A stretch of DNA of 64,000 nucleotides, from NCBI GenBank assembly GCA_963836185.1, contig CAWIIQ010000001.1, positions 256,001 to 320,000 of the forward strand. Direction: 5' to 3'. The notes below the pieces were generated by a model. The model did no database searches, was not told where the DNA came from, and saw nothing but the letters and a program-made list of their open reading frames with translations. Below are positions 9,383 through 19,593 of this stretch, one piece after another. The stretch is from Candidatus Krumholzibacteriia bacterium (GTDB lineage Bacteria; Krumholzibacteriota; Krumholzibacteriia; Krumholzibacteriales; Krumholzibacteriaceae). Positions within the stretch are counted from its first letter, which is position 1. Every line of letters begins with the position of its first letter. A program made the translations under genes and the position numbers.

Positions 9383-10777
9383 ATGCCCGTTAAAGCAATG
9401 AACGATATATCAGCCGCTTCGCTGCGGCGCCTTTTAATGATCCTTGTCGCTCTCATCGCTTTCACTGTCGGCGCCGCGTACGCGGGGGAGATCCCGTCGT
9501 CCGCTCTCTCGCTGTCGGGGGCCGATACTGTCTCCGCTATTACGTCCACATCCGTCACGGAGAAGGTGACTCACTGGGACTGGGGATTCCGTTTCAGGCT
9601 CAGGGAGACATATATCGTCAACCCGTTCGACCTGACGTACGACAATTTCGACGACCTGCATTTCTTCAGGTTCAGGACGCAGCTCTGGGGGGCGTACATC
9701 CCGAATGAATCGTGGAAGATCCACACTATGCTCAATAATGAGCACCGCCGATGGTTCAAGCCGGAGGGGGTGGATTTCACCTGGAACGAGGTGATATTCG
9801 AGAGCCTCTACATCGAGGGTAAAAAGATCGGCGATACCCCGTACGGGTTCAAGATCGGCCGGCAGAACATCTTCTACGGCGAAGGGCTGATCTGCTGGGA
9901 CGGCGGGCCTCTCGACGGTTCGAGGACCGCCTACTTCAACGCGGCCCTTCTACAGGGAGACTGGGGGAAGAGGCGGCTCGACGCCCACTTCATATCTGAT
10001 CCGGAGAAGGACGAGTACCTCCCCGTGATAAACAGCCAGGACCGGTACCTGATCGAGTGGGACGAGACGGGCGCCGGGCTATACTATACGGACGAATCAT
10101 TCGATGACGCGAAGTTTGAGGCATACTACTTCTTCAAGAACGAGGACGATCCCGACGGCGTCTTCCCTGAGAGCGACATCCATACGGTAGGAGGGAGGGC
10201 CACGGGGAGGTCGCTGGAAGCCTTTGACTACGCCCTTGAGTTCGCCGGACAGATCGGGGACCGCGGCGATGCGAAACGCCTCGCGTGGGGAGGATACCTC
10301 TGGGGAAAATACGATGATCCCGGGGATGCCTTTCCTCTCGGAGTGGGGATCGGGGGATTCATCCTTTCGGGTGACAAGCCCGGGACCGATGACTACGAGG
10401 GGTGGAACCCGGTCTACGCGCGCTGGCCGAAGTGGAGCGAGCTCTACATATACACACTCGTCAACGAGCGAGGCGTCGCTTACTGGGAGAACATCTCTTC
10501 GGGATGGCTGAACGTCTCATGGAACACCAATCCGCGAGTCCAGGTAGACTGCAGGCTCTACTGTATGTGGGCCCTCGAGCAGGCGCCGGATCCTGACCGC
10601 CCGGTCTTCGGCGAAGGCGATTTTCGCGGGATGCTCTCCGAGATCAAGCTTAAGTGGAACTGGACCGAGTACCTCAGCGGGCATTTTCTCTGGGAAGCCC
10701 TGATGCCGGGCGATTATTACGCCGAGGGGAGCGACTACTCCCATTTTCTCCGATGGGAGTTGTACTTCAGGTACTAG
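9383..10777 (+). CDS. Alginate-export (AlgE-like) family outer-membrane beta-barrel
   Basis: FRLRE, RFRTQL, KIGRQNIFYGEG..DG, SGDKPGT..YEGWNP; ends LYFRY. ATG 9383 after AAGGAG; signal peptide. Confidence 0.75.
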   Translation: MPVKAMNDISAASLRRLLMILVALIAFTVGAAYAGEIPSSALSLSGADTVSAITSTSVTEKVTHWDWGFRFRLRETYIVNPFDLTYDNFDDLHFFRFRTQLWGAYIPNESWKIHTMLNNEHRRWFKPEGVDFTWNEVIFESLYIEGKKIGDTPYGFKIGRQNIFYGEGLICWDGGPLDGSRTAYFNAALLQGDWGKRRLDAHFISDPEKDEYLPVINSQDRYLIEWDETGAGLYYTDESFDDAKFEAYYFFKNEDDPDGVFPESDIHTVGGRATGRSLEAFDYALEFAGQIGDRGDAKRLAWGGYLWGKYDDPGDAFPLGVGIGGFILSGDKPGTDDYEGWNPVYARWPKWSELYIYTLVNERGVAYWENISSGWLNVSWNTNPRVQVDCRLYCMWALEQAPDPDRPVFGEGDFRGMLSEIKLKWNWTEYLSGHFLWEALMPGDYYAEGSDYSHFLRWELYFRY

Positions 10778-10875
10778 GAGAGTTGTACTTCAAATACCAC
10801 GCCGCGTGTGCTACCATTGCGGCGACTTCACCAGGGGATGATTCACAACTTAATACGGCTGGCAAGGAGGTTGTC

Positions 10876-11136
10876 ATGTCGGAGATAGAGGTGGGCAGGG
10901 TAGAGGATTACTTTGCCCATATCGGCGTCGTCGCTATCGAGGTGACCGCCGAAGGGATCAATGTTGGTGATACCCTGCACTTCAAGGGACACACTACCGA
11001 CTTTATGGAGAAGGTCACTTCCATGCAGGTCGATCACGAGTCGGTCTTGGAGGCGCCTGTCGGCTCGCAGGTCGGTATCAAGGTCGATGACCGTGTCAGG
11101 ATCCATGACATGGTCCTGAAGGTCATGGAAGACTGA
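10876..11136 (+). CDS. Small translation-elongation-factor domain-II-like / U32 C-terminal-like protein
   Basis: MSEIEVGRVEDYFAHIGVVAI...VGDTLHFKGHTTDF...SMQVDH...VGIKV..RVR; strong AAGGAGG SD. Confidence 0.8.
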   Translation: MSEIEVGRVEDYFAHIGVVAIEVTAEGINVGDTLHFKGHTTDFMEKVTSMQVDHESVLEAPVGSQVGIKVDDRVRIHDMVLKVMED

Positions 11137-11203
11137 AAGGCCACAGGGGACCAGGACGGCCTGTCAGTACCAGGTCATGTAGTCGTTCAGAGTGGCGGAT
11201 AAG

Positions 11204-11402
11204 TGAGTAAAATTACCCATAATGGTAATGGACTACCATTATTGATGTTAGGCCGACGAATGTGACCCTGATGGAGCACTGTCTCTACCCTGATTGCACC
11301 TGACGGTACACTTATCCTCCTGTCACAATATCTGACTTTTTCCATAACTCGTTATCATCCCGCACGTTCGTTCGTTCCATCGGAAGGGGCACGGGGATTG
11401 CC
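11204..11402 (+). promoter_or_regulatory. Sigma54 promoter with upstream palindromic activator sites
   Basis: GGCACGGGGATTGC (GG 11388-89, N10, GC 11400-01); imperfect palindromes TGAGTAAAATTACCCA (11204-19) and TGGTAATGGACTACCA (11223-38). Confidence 0.6.
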
Positions 11403-11475
11403 TTAACACGAGATGAATGGGCGCCCACAGCAGTCAGTACAGACAAGACTCGAAACCGATGGAGGAAGCATTAAC

Positions 11476-11853
11476 ATGCTGAGGAAAAGTATCATAGTGC
11501 TCGCACTGGGCCTGCTTCTCGCGGCCCCGGCGACAGCAAGGATGTATTTCGACGGAACGATGCTCGTATCACCGCAGGTATTCGTCCTCGATCACCAGGG
11601 ATCAGAAGTTTCCATTCACACGGAAGTGCCATACAGCGGTATCATACGTTCCAGTGTCGTGCTTCGCGGCGCGAACGGCGTAACGATAACGCCCAAGTAC
11701 CTCGCAAGTGACCTGAGGGGGAATCTTGTAGCGAAGTTCACGTCCGATGATATGAGGAAGATCGTCGAGACCCCGAGAACGGATCTCATGCTTACAGGGA
11801 CCTATTCGGACAACGGGACCATTTCCCTTCACGCGACGATCACCGTCAAGTGA
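11476..11853 (+). CDS. Small secreted single-domain (Ig-like) protein
   Basis: GGAGG SD, signal peptide MLRKSIIVLALGLLLAAPATA; resembles the internal domain of the arylsulfotransferase (LVAKF / LMVKF). Confidence 0.7.
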   Translation: MLRKSIIVLALGLLLAAPATARMYFDGTMLVSPQVFVLDHQGSEVSIHTEVPYSGIIRSSVVLRGANGVTITPKYLASDLRGNLVAKFTSDDMRKIVETPRTDLMLTGTYSDNGTISLHATITVK

Positions 11854-11907
11854 CACAGGGTGTTCACACTCACTGATCGATCCTGATCGATCAGGCTCCT
11901 TGTAGAG

Positions 11908-11941
11908 AAAGAGCCGCCCCCGACGGGGCGGCTCTTCTTTT
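11908..11941. terminator. Bidirectional intrinsic terminator
   Basis: AAGAGCCGCCCC-CGAC-GGGGCGGCTCTT then CTTTT. Confidence 0.85.
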
Positions 11942-11962
11942 CATCACGTATGCGGCAGCGGA

Positions 11963-13441
11963 CTACTGGCCGGAGGGCCTCTCCAGTCCGTAATTCTGCC
12001 TCTTGTCCGCTTTCTTGAGCAGGAACGCGAGGTAGATCGAGACCACGCCGAGCCCTACAAGCATCAGGATCGGGATCGTGTAGTTGTACGTCGCGATCTC
12101 CCCCGACGCCTTCATCAAGTCGATCTCTGTCGAGATCTCCTCGGGACTCAGTCCCGCGGCAGTAAATTTATCGCGGGCGGCCGCCATCTGGCTGACCGTG
12201 GTCGGGTTGACCATGTCGAGGACCTTGCCGATCCCGTAGTAGAATGCCGCAAGCCCGTAGTTCTGGATCGTGAACATAGTCGCGTACGCCGTTCCGAGCC
12301 TGTTCTCGGCTACGATCTTCGCGACCGACGGCCACATCGCCGCAGGTACGAGAGAGAAGGCCACGCCCAGAGCGAAGAGGCCGGTATATCCGAGGAACTT
12401 GACGTCCAGCACCGAAAGAGTAAGGTGCGCGTAGATCAGAAGTATCGAACCGAGGATCATCAGCGAGGCGGCCTTGCCCTTGGCGTCGACGAGGCGGCCG
12501 AATATCGGTGTGAAGATGATCGTTCCGAGCGGGATAAGTCCGCTCACCTTCGGTCCGTTGTTGAGGTACGCCCCGATCTTCTGAAAGAACGACATTCCCG
12601 CCAGGTCGGGAAGTACGTATGTGAACCCGAACTTGTTCACCAGCAGATCCGGCGCGTACTGGAGGAACGGGAAGACAGCGGAGTAGAACGCCACGCAGAG
12701 AAGCGAGATGTATATGAACGAATGGTCCGTGATCAGCTTCACGAGATCGCTGAACTTGAACTCATCTTCATGTACTACCTCGCCGCTTTCAGCCGCCTGT
12801 TCCGCCAGCTGGCGGTCGAGCTTCTTGTCGAGGCCGAGATAGGCGATAAAGAAGAGCGTGCCGAGCATGATGATCGAAGCGGAGATGACCAGAGCGTTGC
12901 TCAGGTTCCCGCCGCCGAGATCGAGGGAGAACGATATGGCCATGAAGCTTCCGAGCCTTCCGACCACGATGTTCATCCCCATTGCGAACGCGAGCTCTTT
13001 CCCCTTGAACCATTTGACGATCGTACGGCTTATAAGCACGCACGTCGTCTCCAGTCCTATTCCGAAGAGTATTCGTCCCACGACCATCGACCAGAGCATC
13101 TGGTTCTTGCTCTTGCCGAAGTAACCCATGCTGCCGGCCCATACGACGAAGGCGCCGATCGTCGCGATGACGGCGAGGATCACTCCGACTTTGCGGATCC
13201 CCCACTTGTCCAGGGCGATTCCACCGAGGATGATCATCAGGGCCAGGTTGGCCCATGTAGTAGAACTGATGAGGAGTCCGAACTGGGAGCTTGTGAATCC
13301 CAGCTGGCTCTCGAACAGGCCCTTCAGGGGTCCGAGACCGTCCTGAAACCAGTACGTTCCGAACATCAGAACGCTGATCATGAACAGCACGGAGAACCTC
13401 ATGGCCTTCGAGTCCTTCAGAAGCTTAACAGCCTGGTTCAT
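11963..13441 (-). CDS. MFS transporter
   Basis: About 12 TM segments, GGIALDKWGIRK and FGRLVDAKGK loop motifs, GRILFGIGLE. Confidence 0.9.
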   Translation of the reverse strand: MNQAVKLLKDSKAMRFSVLFMISVLMFGTYWFQDGLGPLKGLFESQLGFTSSQFGLLISSTTWANLALMIILGGIALDKWGIRKVGVILAVIATIGAFVVWAGSMGYFGKSKNQMLWSMVVGRILFGIGLETTCVLISRTIVKWFKGKELAFAMGMNIVVGRLGSFMAISFSLDLGGGNLSNALVISASIIMLGTLFFIAYLGLDKKLDRQLAEQAAESGEVVHEDEFKFSDLVKLITDHSFIYISLLCVAFYSAVFPFLQYAPDLLVNKFGFTYVLPDLAGMSFFQKIGAYLNNGPKVSGLIPLGTIIFTPIFGRLVDAKGKAASLMILGSILLIYAHLTLSVLDVKFLGYTGLFALGVAFSLVPAAMWPSVAKIVAENRLGTAYATMFTIQNYGLAAFYYGIGKVLDMVNPTTVSQMAAARDKFTAAGLSPEEISTEIDLMKASGEIATYNYTIPILMLVGLGVVSIYLAFLLKKADKRQNYGLERPSGQ

Positions 13442-13644
13442 AGATCCTCTCCGTCAAGGGGTTGAGTGACGATGCAGCGGCACTTTTCCGGCCGCCGACG
13501 GATGGAATAATATACTACAGACCCGCGGCTGGCCCCAAGTGTTTTATGACGGTCTCTGTATCCGGAAAAGTGCTTCAAAAGGGTTATTAGCGGGTCTATG
13601 CATGAGACGGTGCTGCGGGGCCTGATATATGATATCATCCGGGC

Positions 13645-15174
13645 GTGATTATAGATAATGACAATGAGAAAGCGATGATCGGCCATCCCGAGAGCGATAC
13701 CCCGTTCTGCGCCGATCTGCCGACCTCGCCGCGCCGCGACATCGGAACCGTACTCGTGACCGGCGCTTCGGGTTATATCGGGGGCCGACTGGTGCCCGAG
13801 CTGATGCTTAGAGGATACCGCGTCAGGGCGATGGTAAGGGGCGGAGCAGCGGAGATCACCCGACGCTGGCCGGGAGTCGAGGTCGTGGTAGCCGACGCGC
13901 TCGACAGGCCAAGCCTCGTCGCCGCGCTCGAGGGAGTCGACACGGCGTACTACCTGATCCACTCGATGCTGCTCGGGCCTGGCGAATTCGCGGGAGCTGA
14001 CGCGAAAGCAGCGGAAAATTTCGCCGAAGTCGCGGCTGAATGCGGGGTGAGGAGGATCATCTACCTCGGCGGCCTCGGCGATGTTCGTAGCGATCTCTCA
14101 ACGCATCTCCGCAGCCGGATGGAAGTGGCGAAGCGGCTGCGGGACGGGCCGGTTCCGGTCACGATCCTCCGTGCGGCTATCATAATCGGTTCGGGAAGCG
14201 CTTCATACGAGATACTCAGCAGCCTTGCAGCCAGGCTCCCCCTGATATTAACGCCCCGCGAGGCCGGGACCCTCTGCCAGCCGATCGCGATCCGCGATGT
14301 CGTCAAGTACCTCGTAGGGTCGCTCGAATCGGAGGAGACGGCCGGGGGCAGCTTCGACATCGGCGGCGACGAGGTGATGTCGTACAGGGAGATGATGAAG
14401 ATCATCGCGCAGGTCCTCGACAGGCGGCGCCTGCTGATAACGATGCCGCTGTTCAGCCTGAAGACATTCGGATATGCCGCCGGCCTGCTGACGCCGGTGC
14501 CGGGTCCCATCACCATAAGCCTGATGGAAGGTATGAAGAACGATGTGATCTGCGAGGACAGTTCGATCAGGAGGATAATCCCGTTCGATCCGCTCCCATA
14601 CAGGACCGCGCTGGTCAGAGCGATGACCAGGGAGGAGCAGGACCGCGTTCATACGAGATGGTCCGATGCCTATCCGCCTGCCCATGAGCTGGCGATCAAG
14701 CTCGAAGAGGTCCACGACCGCCCGATGTACACCGGTTCGAGTTCAATGGAGACGGCGAAGACTGCCGACGCTCTTTTTGACTCTATCTGCCGCATCGGCG
14801 GGCGCGAGGGATGGTTCCACGGCAACTGGCTGTGGAGGGTCCGGGGAGCGTTCGACCGCATCATAATGGGGGTCGGAACGCGCAGGGGCAGAAAGAAAGC
14901 GAGCGGCCTTGCCGAAGGGGACGTCGTCGACTTCTGGCGGGTCGAGGATATAATCCCCGCGAGGCGGCTTCTGCTGCGGGCCGAGATGAAGATGCCGGGA
15001 AAGGCATGGCTCGAGTTTCACATCGGTGATCACGGCGACCGCAGGGAACTGTCGCTTACTGCCCGCTACATGACCGCTACTCTGTTCGGCCGCGCCTACT
15101 GGTACTTCTTCCTCCCCTTTCACCGGTTCATCTTCAAGGGGCTGATCAGGCAGATAGAGGAGAGAAGCCGGTAA
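13645..15174 (+). CDS. Atypical SDR oxidoreductase with C-terminal DUF2867 (YbjT-like)
   Basis: VLVTGASGYIGGRL, YYLIHSM, IIIGSGSASYE, IGGREGWF, DFWRVE, LRAEMKMPGKAWLEF, PFHRFIF. Start is 13645 (GTG) or 13675. Confidence 0.88.
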   Translation: MIIDNDNEKAMIGHPESDTPFCADLPTSPRRDIGTVLVTGASGYIGGRLVPELMLRGYRVRAMVRGGAAEITRRWPGVEVVVADALDRPSLVAALEGVDTAYYLIHSMLLGPGEFAGADAKAAENFAEVAAECGVRRIIYLGGLGDVRSDLSTHLRSRMEVAKRLRDGPVPVTILRAAIIIGSGSASYEILSSLAARLPLILTPREAGTLCQPIAIRDVVKYLVGSLESEETAGGSFDIGGDEVMSYREMMKIIAQVLDRRRLLITMPLFSLKTFGYAAGLLTPVPGPITISLMEGMKNDVICEDSSIRRIIPFDPLPYRTALVRAMTREEQDRVHTRWSDAYPPAHELAIKLEEVHDRPMYTGSSSMETAKTADALFDSICRIGGREGWFHGNWLWRVRGAFDRIIMGVGTRRGRKKASGLAEGDVVDFWRVEDIIPARRLLLRAEMKMPGKAWLEFHIGDHGDRRELSLTARYMTATLFGRAYWYFFLPFHRFIFKGLIRQIEERSR

Positions 15175-15318
15175 CTAGAGCCTGGACGCGCGAGCACACT
15201 GCCGTTCCTGTCCAAAAGACACACTTGACTGTAAAACGTTCCTCGCTGAATATTGCTGTCGCAATAAGATTCTGTTCAGAGAAGAATCGAGATCCAATAC
15301 ATAAACAAAGGAGACCAG

Positions 15319-16632
15319 ATGATCCGCCTACTCATTATCGCCGGCCTGCTGTTCGGAACGGCACTTTCATCGTGCGGGGGCTCTGACCCGAAGGCGCAGC
15401 GCGCCGCCGTCGACAAAGTCGCAGAATCTTACGTGAAGCTCAGCCTCGTTCTGGGGCAGTACGATTCCGACTATGTCGACGCATACACCGGACCCGAAGA
15501 GTGGAAGCCCGCGCCGCTCCCTGAGGGTGAGGACCATTCGATCCCGTCGGCGGAGATCGCGGCGAAGGCCGATGCCCTGGTCGCAGAGCTCGACGGGGTA
15601 GATGTATGTGTGCTGAGCGACCTGGAACAGCGCCGTGTGAAGTTCCTTCGCAGGCACATCATCTCGCTGAAGGCGCGCGCCGAGCTGGTCGGCGGAAAGA
15701 AGATGACATTCGACGAGGAATCGAAGGCCCTCTACGATGCTGTCGCCGAGCCGGCAGACATTGCGGCGCTCGATGCTGCGCTTGCCGACCTGGAAGTCCT
15801 CGTTCCAGGCGACGGAGATCTCTCATCGCGGGTCGAGGCGTACAGGGCGGATTTCACGATCCCGAAGGACAAGGTGGATGCGGTCTTCACGAGGGCGATC
15901 GAGGAGGCACGCTCCCGGACACTTCCGTATATCCCGCTTCCCGAGGGAGAGAGCTTCGACAAGGAGTATGTCACTGGCGTTTCGTGGGGCGCCTACAACT
16001 GGTACAAGGGCGACTACAGGTCCCTAATCCAGGTGAACATCGAGCTGCCGGTGCGGATCAGTTCGCCGCTCGGGCTCGCCGTGCACGAGGGGTACCCGGG
16101 GCATCACGTCCAGAACGTCCTTGTCGAGAAGAACATGCTGGGTGACAACGGCTGGATGGAATACACGGTGCAGCCCCTTTACTGTCCGCAGGCGACACTG
16201 AACGAGGGAGGGGCGAACCTCGGCGTGAAGATAGCTTTCACCGAGGAAGAACGCGTCGCCTTTATCCGCGACGTCCTCTTTCCGATGGCTGGGCTCGATC
16301 CCGCGAGGGCCGAGGAGTACCTGAAGTTCGAGACGCTTACGAGGAACCTGCGCGGGGGGAGGACCGAGGCCGTCCGCAAGTATCTCGATGGCGACTGGAC
16401 GAGGGAAGAGGCTAACAAGTTCCTGCAGAAGTACGCGCTGATGACCGAGGCGAGGGCCGACATGTACCTGCGCTTCGGCGAGAAGTACCGCAGCTATGTC
16501 GTCACATACGTCGTCGGCCTGCAGATGGTAAGGGATTATATCGAGCGTGAGGCGGGCGATGACACCGCGCGGCGATGGGAACTGATGAGGGAGATATATG
16601 CGGTTCCGCACCTCCCGTCGGATCTTCAGTAG
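15319..16632 (+). CDS. Lipoprotein, DUF885-like zincin metallopeptidase fold
   Basis: Lipobox LSSC; HEGYPGHH motif; YVDAYTGPEEW; AYNWYKG; AAGGAG SD. Confidence 0.75.
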   Translation: MIRLLIIAGLLFGTALSSCGGSDPKAQRAAVDKVAESYVKLSLVLGQYDSDYVDAYTGPEEWKPAPLPEGEDHSIPSAEIAAKADALVAELDGVDVCVLSDLEQRRVKFLRRHIISLKARAELVGGKKMTFDEESKALYDAVAEPADIAALDAALADLEVLVPGDGDLSSRVEAYRADFTIPKDKVDAVFTRAIEEARSRTLPYIPLPEGESFDKEYVTGVSWGAYNWYKGDYRSLIQVNIELPVRISSPLGLAVHEGYPGHHVQNVLVEKNMLGDNGWMEYTVQPLYCPQATLNEGGANLGVKIAFTEEERVAFIRDVLFPMAGLDPARAEEYLKFETLTRNLRGGRTEAVRKYLDGDWTREEANKFLQKYALMTEARADMYLRFGEKYRSYVVTYVVGLQMVRDYIEREAGDDTARRWELMREIYAVPHLPSDLQ

Positions 16633-16708
16633 CCGGACCTCCAGCAGTCTTCTCTGGAGCTGTCCATCCTGGAACGTAAGGTACTTCCGCCGGGATCAAA
16701 TTCCCGCG

Positions 16709-16851
16709 ATGATTCGCAAATATCCTGCATCAATCAGGAAATACGAAAACCACTCCCGGCGCCGGGAGTGGTTTTTTTGTAGCGAACTTCGCTTCGAAAA
16801 AGTGGCAGATTTTCCACCGCCACCTGTGGCGGTAAAAATCCTGTCATGGCG
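16709..16851. repeat. 143-bp dispersed repeat, copy 1 (two GC palindromes)
   Basis: Matches 58598-58740; contains CCACTCCCGGCGCCGGGAGTGG and ACCGCCACCTGTGGCGGT. Confidence 0.9.
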
Positions 16852-16903
16852 CAATAGTCCTGTTGTCAGAGGTATTTGCGCAATCTGAAATTCCTGCCAG
16901 ATA

Positions 16904-19336
16904 TCATTTCAGCAGGATCATCTTCCTGGTCTTCGCAAACTCCTCCGTCTCGAGTTTATAGAAGTATACTCCGGAGGCTGCCGGTGAACCGTTTTGGGCT
17001 TTTCCGTTCCATACGGTGGCGTACTGTCCGGCCGGCCTCGATTCGTCGATCAACTCCGCGACGAGCCGTCCCGCGGCATTATAGACGCTGAGGTTCACAT
17101 ACCCGCCCGACTTCAGCCCGAACGCGATCGTCGTGTTCGGGTTGAACGGGTTGGGATAGTTCTGCGAAAGATATGTCGCGTCGGGCAGAGGCATCGGGTC
17201 GTCGCCGGTGATCATGTCGGGGCCGAATACAGCATACGGGCTTTCGTTGCCATGGATATCGACCGCCGCGACCTTGTACCAGAAGCCGGAGGCCCAGGAC
17301 CATTCTTCATCGACAGTGGCGGTATCGGGAGTCGAGGTGAGCAGGCTGCCAGGTCCGGGGATGAATCCGCTGTCTGTATCGCGGTAGACCCTGTATCCGG
17401 CAAGGTCGCTCTCGATGTTCGGATCCCATGTCAGTTGAAGGGCGTTCGGAGAGAATATCTGCTCGCCGGCAAGGCCGAGAGGAGCCGCAGGGGCGAGGTT
17501 GTCGACCGAGTACCCGCTGTCGACGGGAGATATCCAGTATATCTCCGGATCGGCAGTGTGAGCGATCACCTGGAAATAAGTGAATTCATTTATCAGGTCG
17601 GTCGAATCGAAAAGGGTGGGAACCGTCACCGAGTAACTTTCCAGCTCGAACGCGCCGACCGTAGCGAGCAGTTCCCAGTAGTACTGTCCCGCGGCAGTCT
17701 CGGATATCATCAGTGCCGGCCGATCAGTTTCGGGCAGTTCGATGGCCCCGGCCTGCAGTAACGACGCTCCGCTCTTCCGCATCGACAGGGCGGCAGGCTC
17801 GCTGATTGCTCTCCACGCCGTATAATTCTCGATCTCCCCCGCCGGCCAGGGATCGAGCCTGCTCGCGTCCCACGCGAGGTTGACCCAGCCGCCCTGGTCA
17901 AGGGGAACATCACGGACATGCGATACGACGCCTGATGGATATCCCCAGTATCCGTTTCGCTCTATTCTCTGTATGTAAACATTGTAATCGACCGTGGTCC
18001 TGTAATCCTGCCAGGTCAGGATCGCACCTCCCGCTCCATCTGAAGTGATGCTGATATTTTCAGAATAGTGCCTGGCCTCCCGGACGGGAGTTCCATAAGG
18101 CTCCCAATGGTGCCCCCCCTCGCTGTCTATCCGGTCTATATAGATGTTGGGTTCCATGCCTGAGCGCATATCCTCCCAGGCGACGATCGCGCCTCCGTTT
18201 CCGTCAGGTATCATCTCGTGATCGCCCTTGTCGCTTCCCGTCAGCCCTGAGACAAATGTGCCGCCGCTGGTCCATGACGTGTTTCCGCTCCCGTTGATCT
18301 TCTGGGCGAGGATCTCAAGAGGAAAGGTTCTCTGGTCCTCCCACGAGATGATCGCTCCCCATGAACCGTCGGTGACGATCCGGGGATCGATCTGATCGCC
18401 GCCTTCATCACAGATGGCGACGCCGTCGGCTGTCCATTGGGCGGTGCCGTAAATGTTGATCTTCTGCGCATAGATGTCCCAGTTCAAATCTCGGGAATCC
18501 ATCCATGTGATGATGAATCCGATGGAGATATCCTGCGTGATCCGAGGGGAGGTCTGATCGATGGCTTCCGTACAGATCGGTATCCCATTCACCGCGAAGG
18601 AGACAGAGCCATCAGGCTCAAGGCGCTGGGCGTAGATGTCCGAGTAGGTCCCGGAACGATAGTCGGACCATACGATCATAGCTCCGCCGAGGCCGTCAGA
18701 CACAATATCGGTGCGATACTGAGAGAAGGCTGCAGTACAGACAGGAACGCCGTCGACCGTCCATAGAGCTGTGCCAGCTCCGTCGAGGCGCTGGGCATAG
18801 ATGTCCGCCAGGCCGCTCCTCGAGTCTTCCCAGGTCAGAATGGCACCGCCCTCTCCGTCAGGGACCATATGAGGATACATCTGATATTCGTCGGCCGTGC
18901 ATACGGGGATCCCGTCGGTCGTCCAGACCGGGATCCCGTCGCCGCTGATGCGCTGCGCGTATATATCTTCTCCCGAAGTCAGGTAGTCCCTCTCGTCATG
19001 CCAGGCGATGATGACACCACCGGAGCCGTCTAGGGAGAGTACCGGATGGCGTTGCTGCCAGATACCTGTACATACAGGGATCCCGCCGGTTCCCCACAAC
19101 ACGTTTCCATATGCGTCAAGCCGCTGCGCAAAGATGTCATAATCTCCGTTTTCAAAACTTTCCCAGGCTGTAAATGCTCCGCCAGACCCGTCTGCCAGCA
19201 CGACTGGATCGATCTGGTCGAACTCATTTGTCCTTATGCCTGTGCCGTTTTCCACCCACATCGCGTGAGTGGAAGAAGCGGAAACGAGTAGAAGCACGAG
19301 CGCAAGACAGATCGTGCCCGCAACGCCTGACTTCAT
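16904..19336 (-). CDS. Secreted DGxGGA/DIYAQR repeat protein (paralog A) with FN3-like domains and FlgD-Ig CTD
   Basis: About 7-8 repeats of ~60 aa (VC..Q..P...DG.GGA.I.W.D.R...DIYAQR....G...W); DSGYSVDNLAP; QNYPNPFNP...RKMILLK. Confidence 0.85.
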   Translation of the reverse strand: MKSGVAGTICLALVLLLVSASSTHAMWVENGTGIRTNEFDQIDPVVLADGSGGAFTAWESFENGDYDIFAQRLDAYGNVLWGTGGIPVCTGIWQQRHPVLSLDGSGGVIIAWHDERDYLTSGEDIYAQRISGDGIPVWTTDGIPVCTADEYQMYPHMVPDGEGGAILTWEDSRSGLADIYAQRLDGAGTALWTVDGVPVCTAAFSQYRTDIVSDGLGGAMIVWSDYRSGTYSDIYAQRLEPDGSVSFAVNGIPICTEAIDQTSPRITQDISIGFIITWMDSRDLNWDIYAQKINIYGTAQWTADGVAICDEGGDQIDPRIVTDGSWGAIISWEDQRTFPLEILAQKINGSGNTSWTSGGTFVSGLTGSDKGDHEMIPDGNGGAIVAWEDMRSGMEPNIYIDRIDSEGGHHWEPYGTPVREARHYSENISITSDGAGGAILTWQDYRTTVDYNVYIQRIERNGYWGYPSGVVSHVRDVPLDQGGWVNLAWDASRLDPWPAGEIENYTAWRAISEPAALSMRKSGASLLQAGAIELPETDRPALMISETAAGQYYWELLATVGAFELESYSVTVPTLFDSTDLINEFTYFQVIAHTADPEIYWISPVDSGYSVDNLAPAAPLGLAGEQIFSPNALQLTWDPNIESDLAGYRVYRDTDSGFIPGPGSLLTSTPDTATVDEEWSWASGFWYKVAAVDIHGNESPYAVFGPDMITGDDPMPLPDATYLSQNYPNPFNPNTTIAFGLKSGGYVNLSVYNAAGRLVAELIDESRPAGQYATVWNGKAQNGSPAASGVYFYKLETEEFAKTRKMILLK

Positions 19337-19593
19337 GGAAATCCCCCCTGTTTTTAGTTTCAATGAGTAGAGTCCCTGGCTGCAGAGATACTATACCATA
19401 TACCACAAATAGAGACGAGATAGGCAGGAAATAAATGCATATATCTCACGAGCATTTTTTATAATACGGCACATCCTTCAATGTGATACAATATCGACGG
19501 TAGATTCAAATGTAGAACGCTTCACGGCAACGGACGGTGCCCCCGCGGGTATCCGGCCCGGTGTCAGTAAACGCATCAAGGAGGGGGTATCCA

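Noticed and set aside
11872-11896. Cluster of four GATC sites
   Set aside because: GATC/TCGA words are frequent throughout the window, and there is no origin or switch context
16709-16851. CRISPR interpretation of the palindromic repeats
   Set aside because: Only two distant copies, no spacer array and no cas genes
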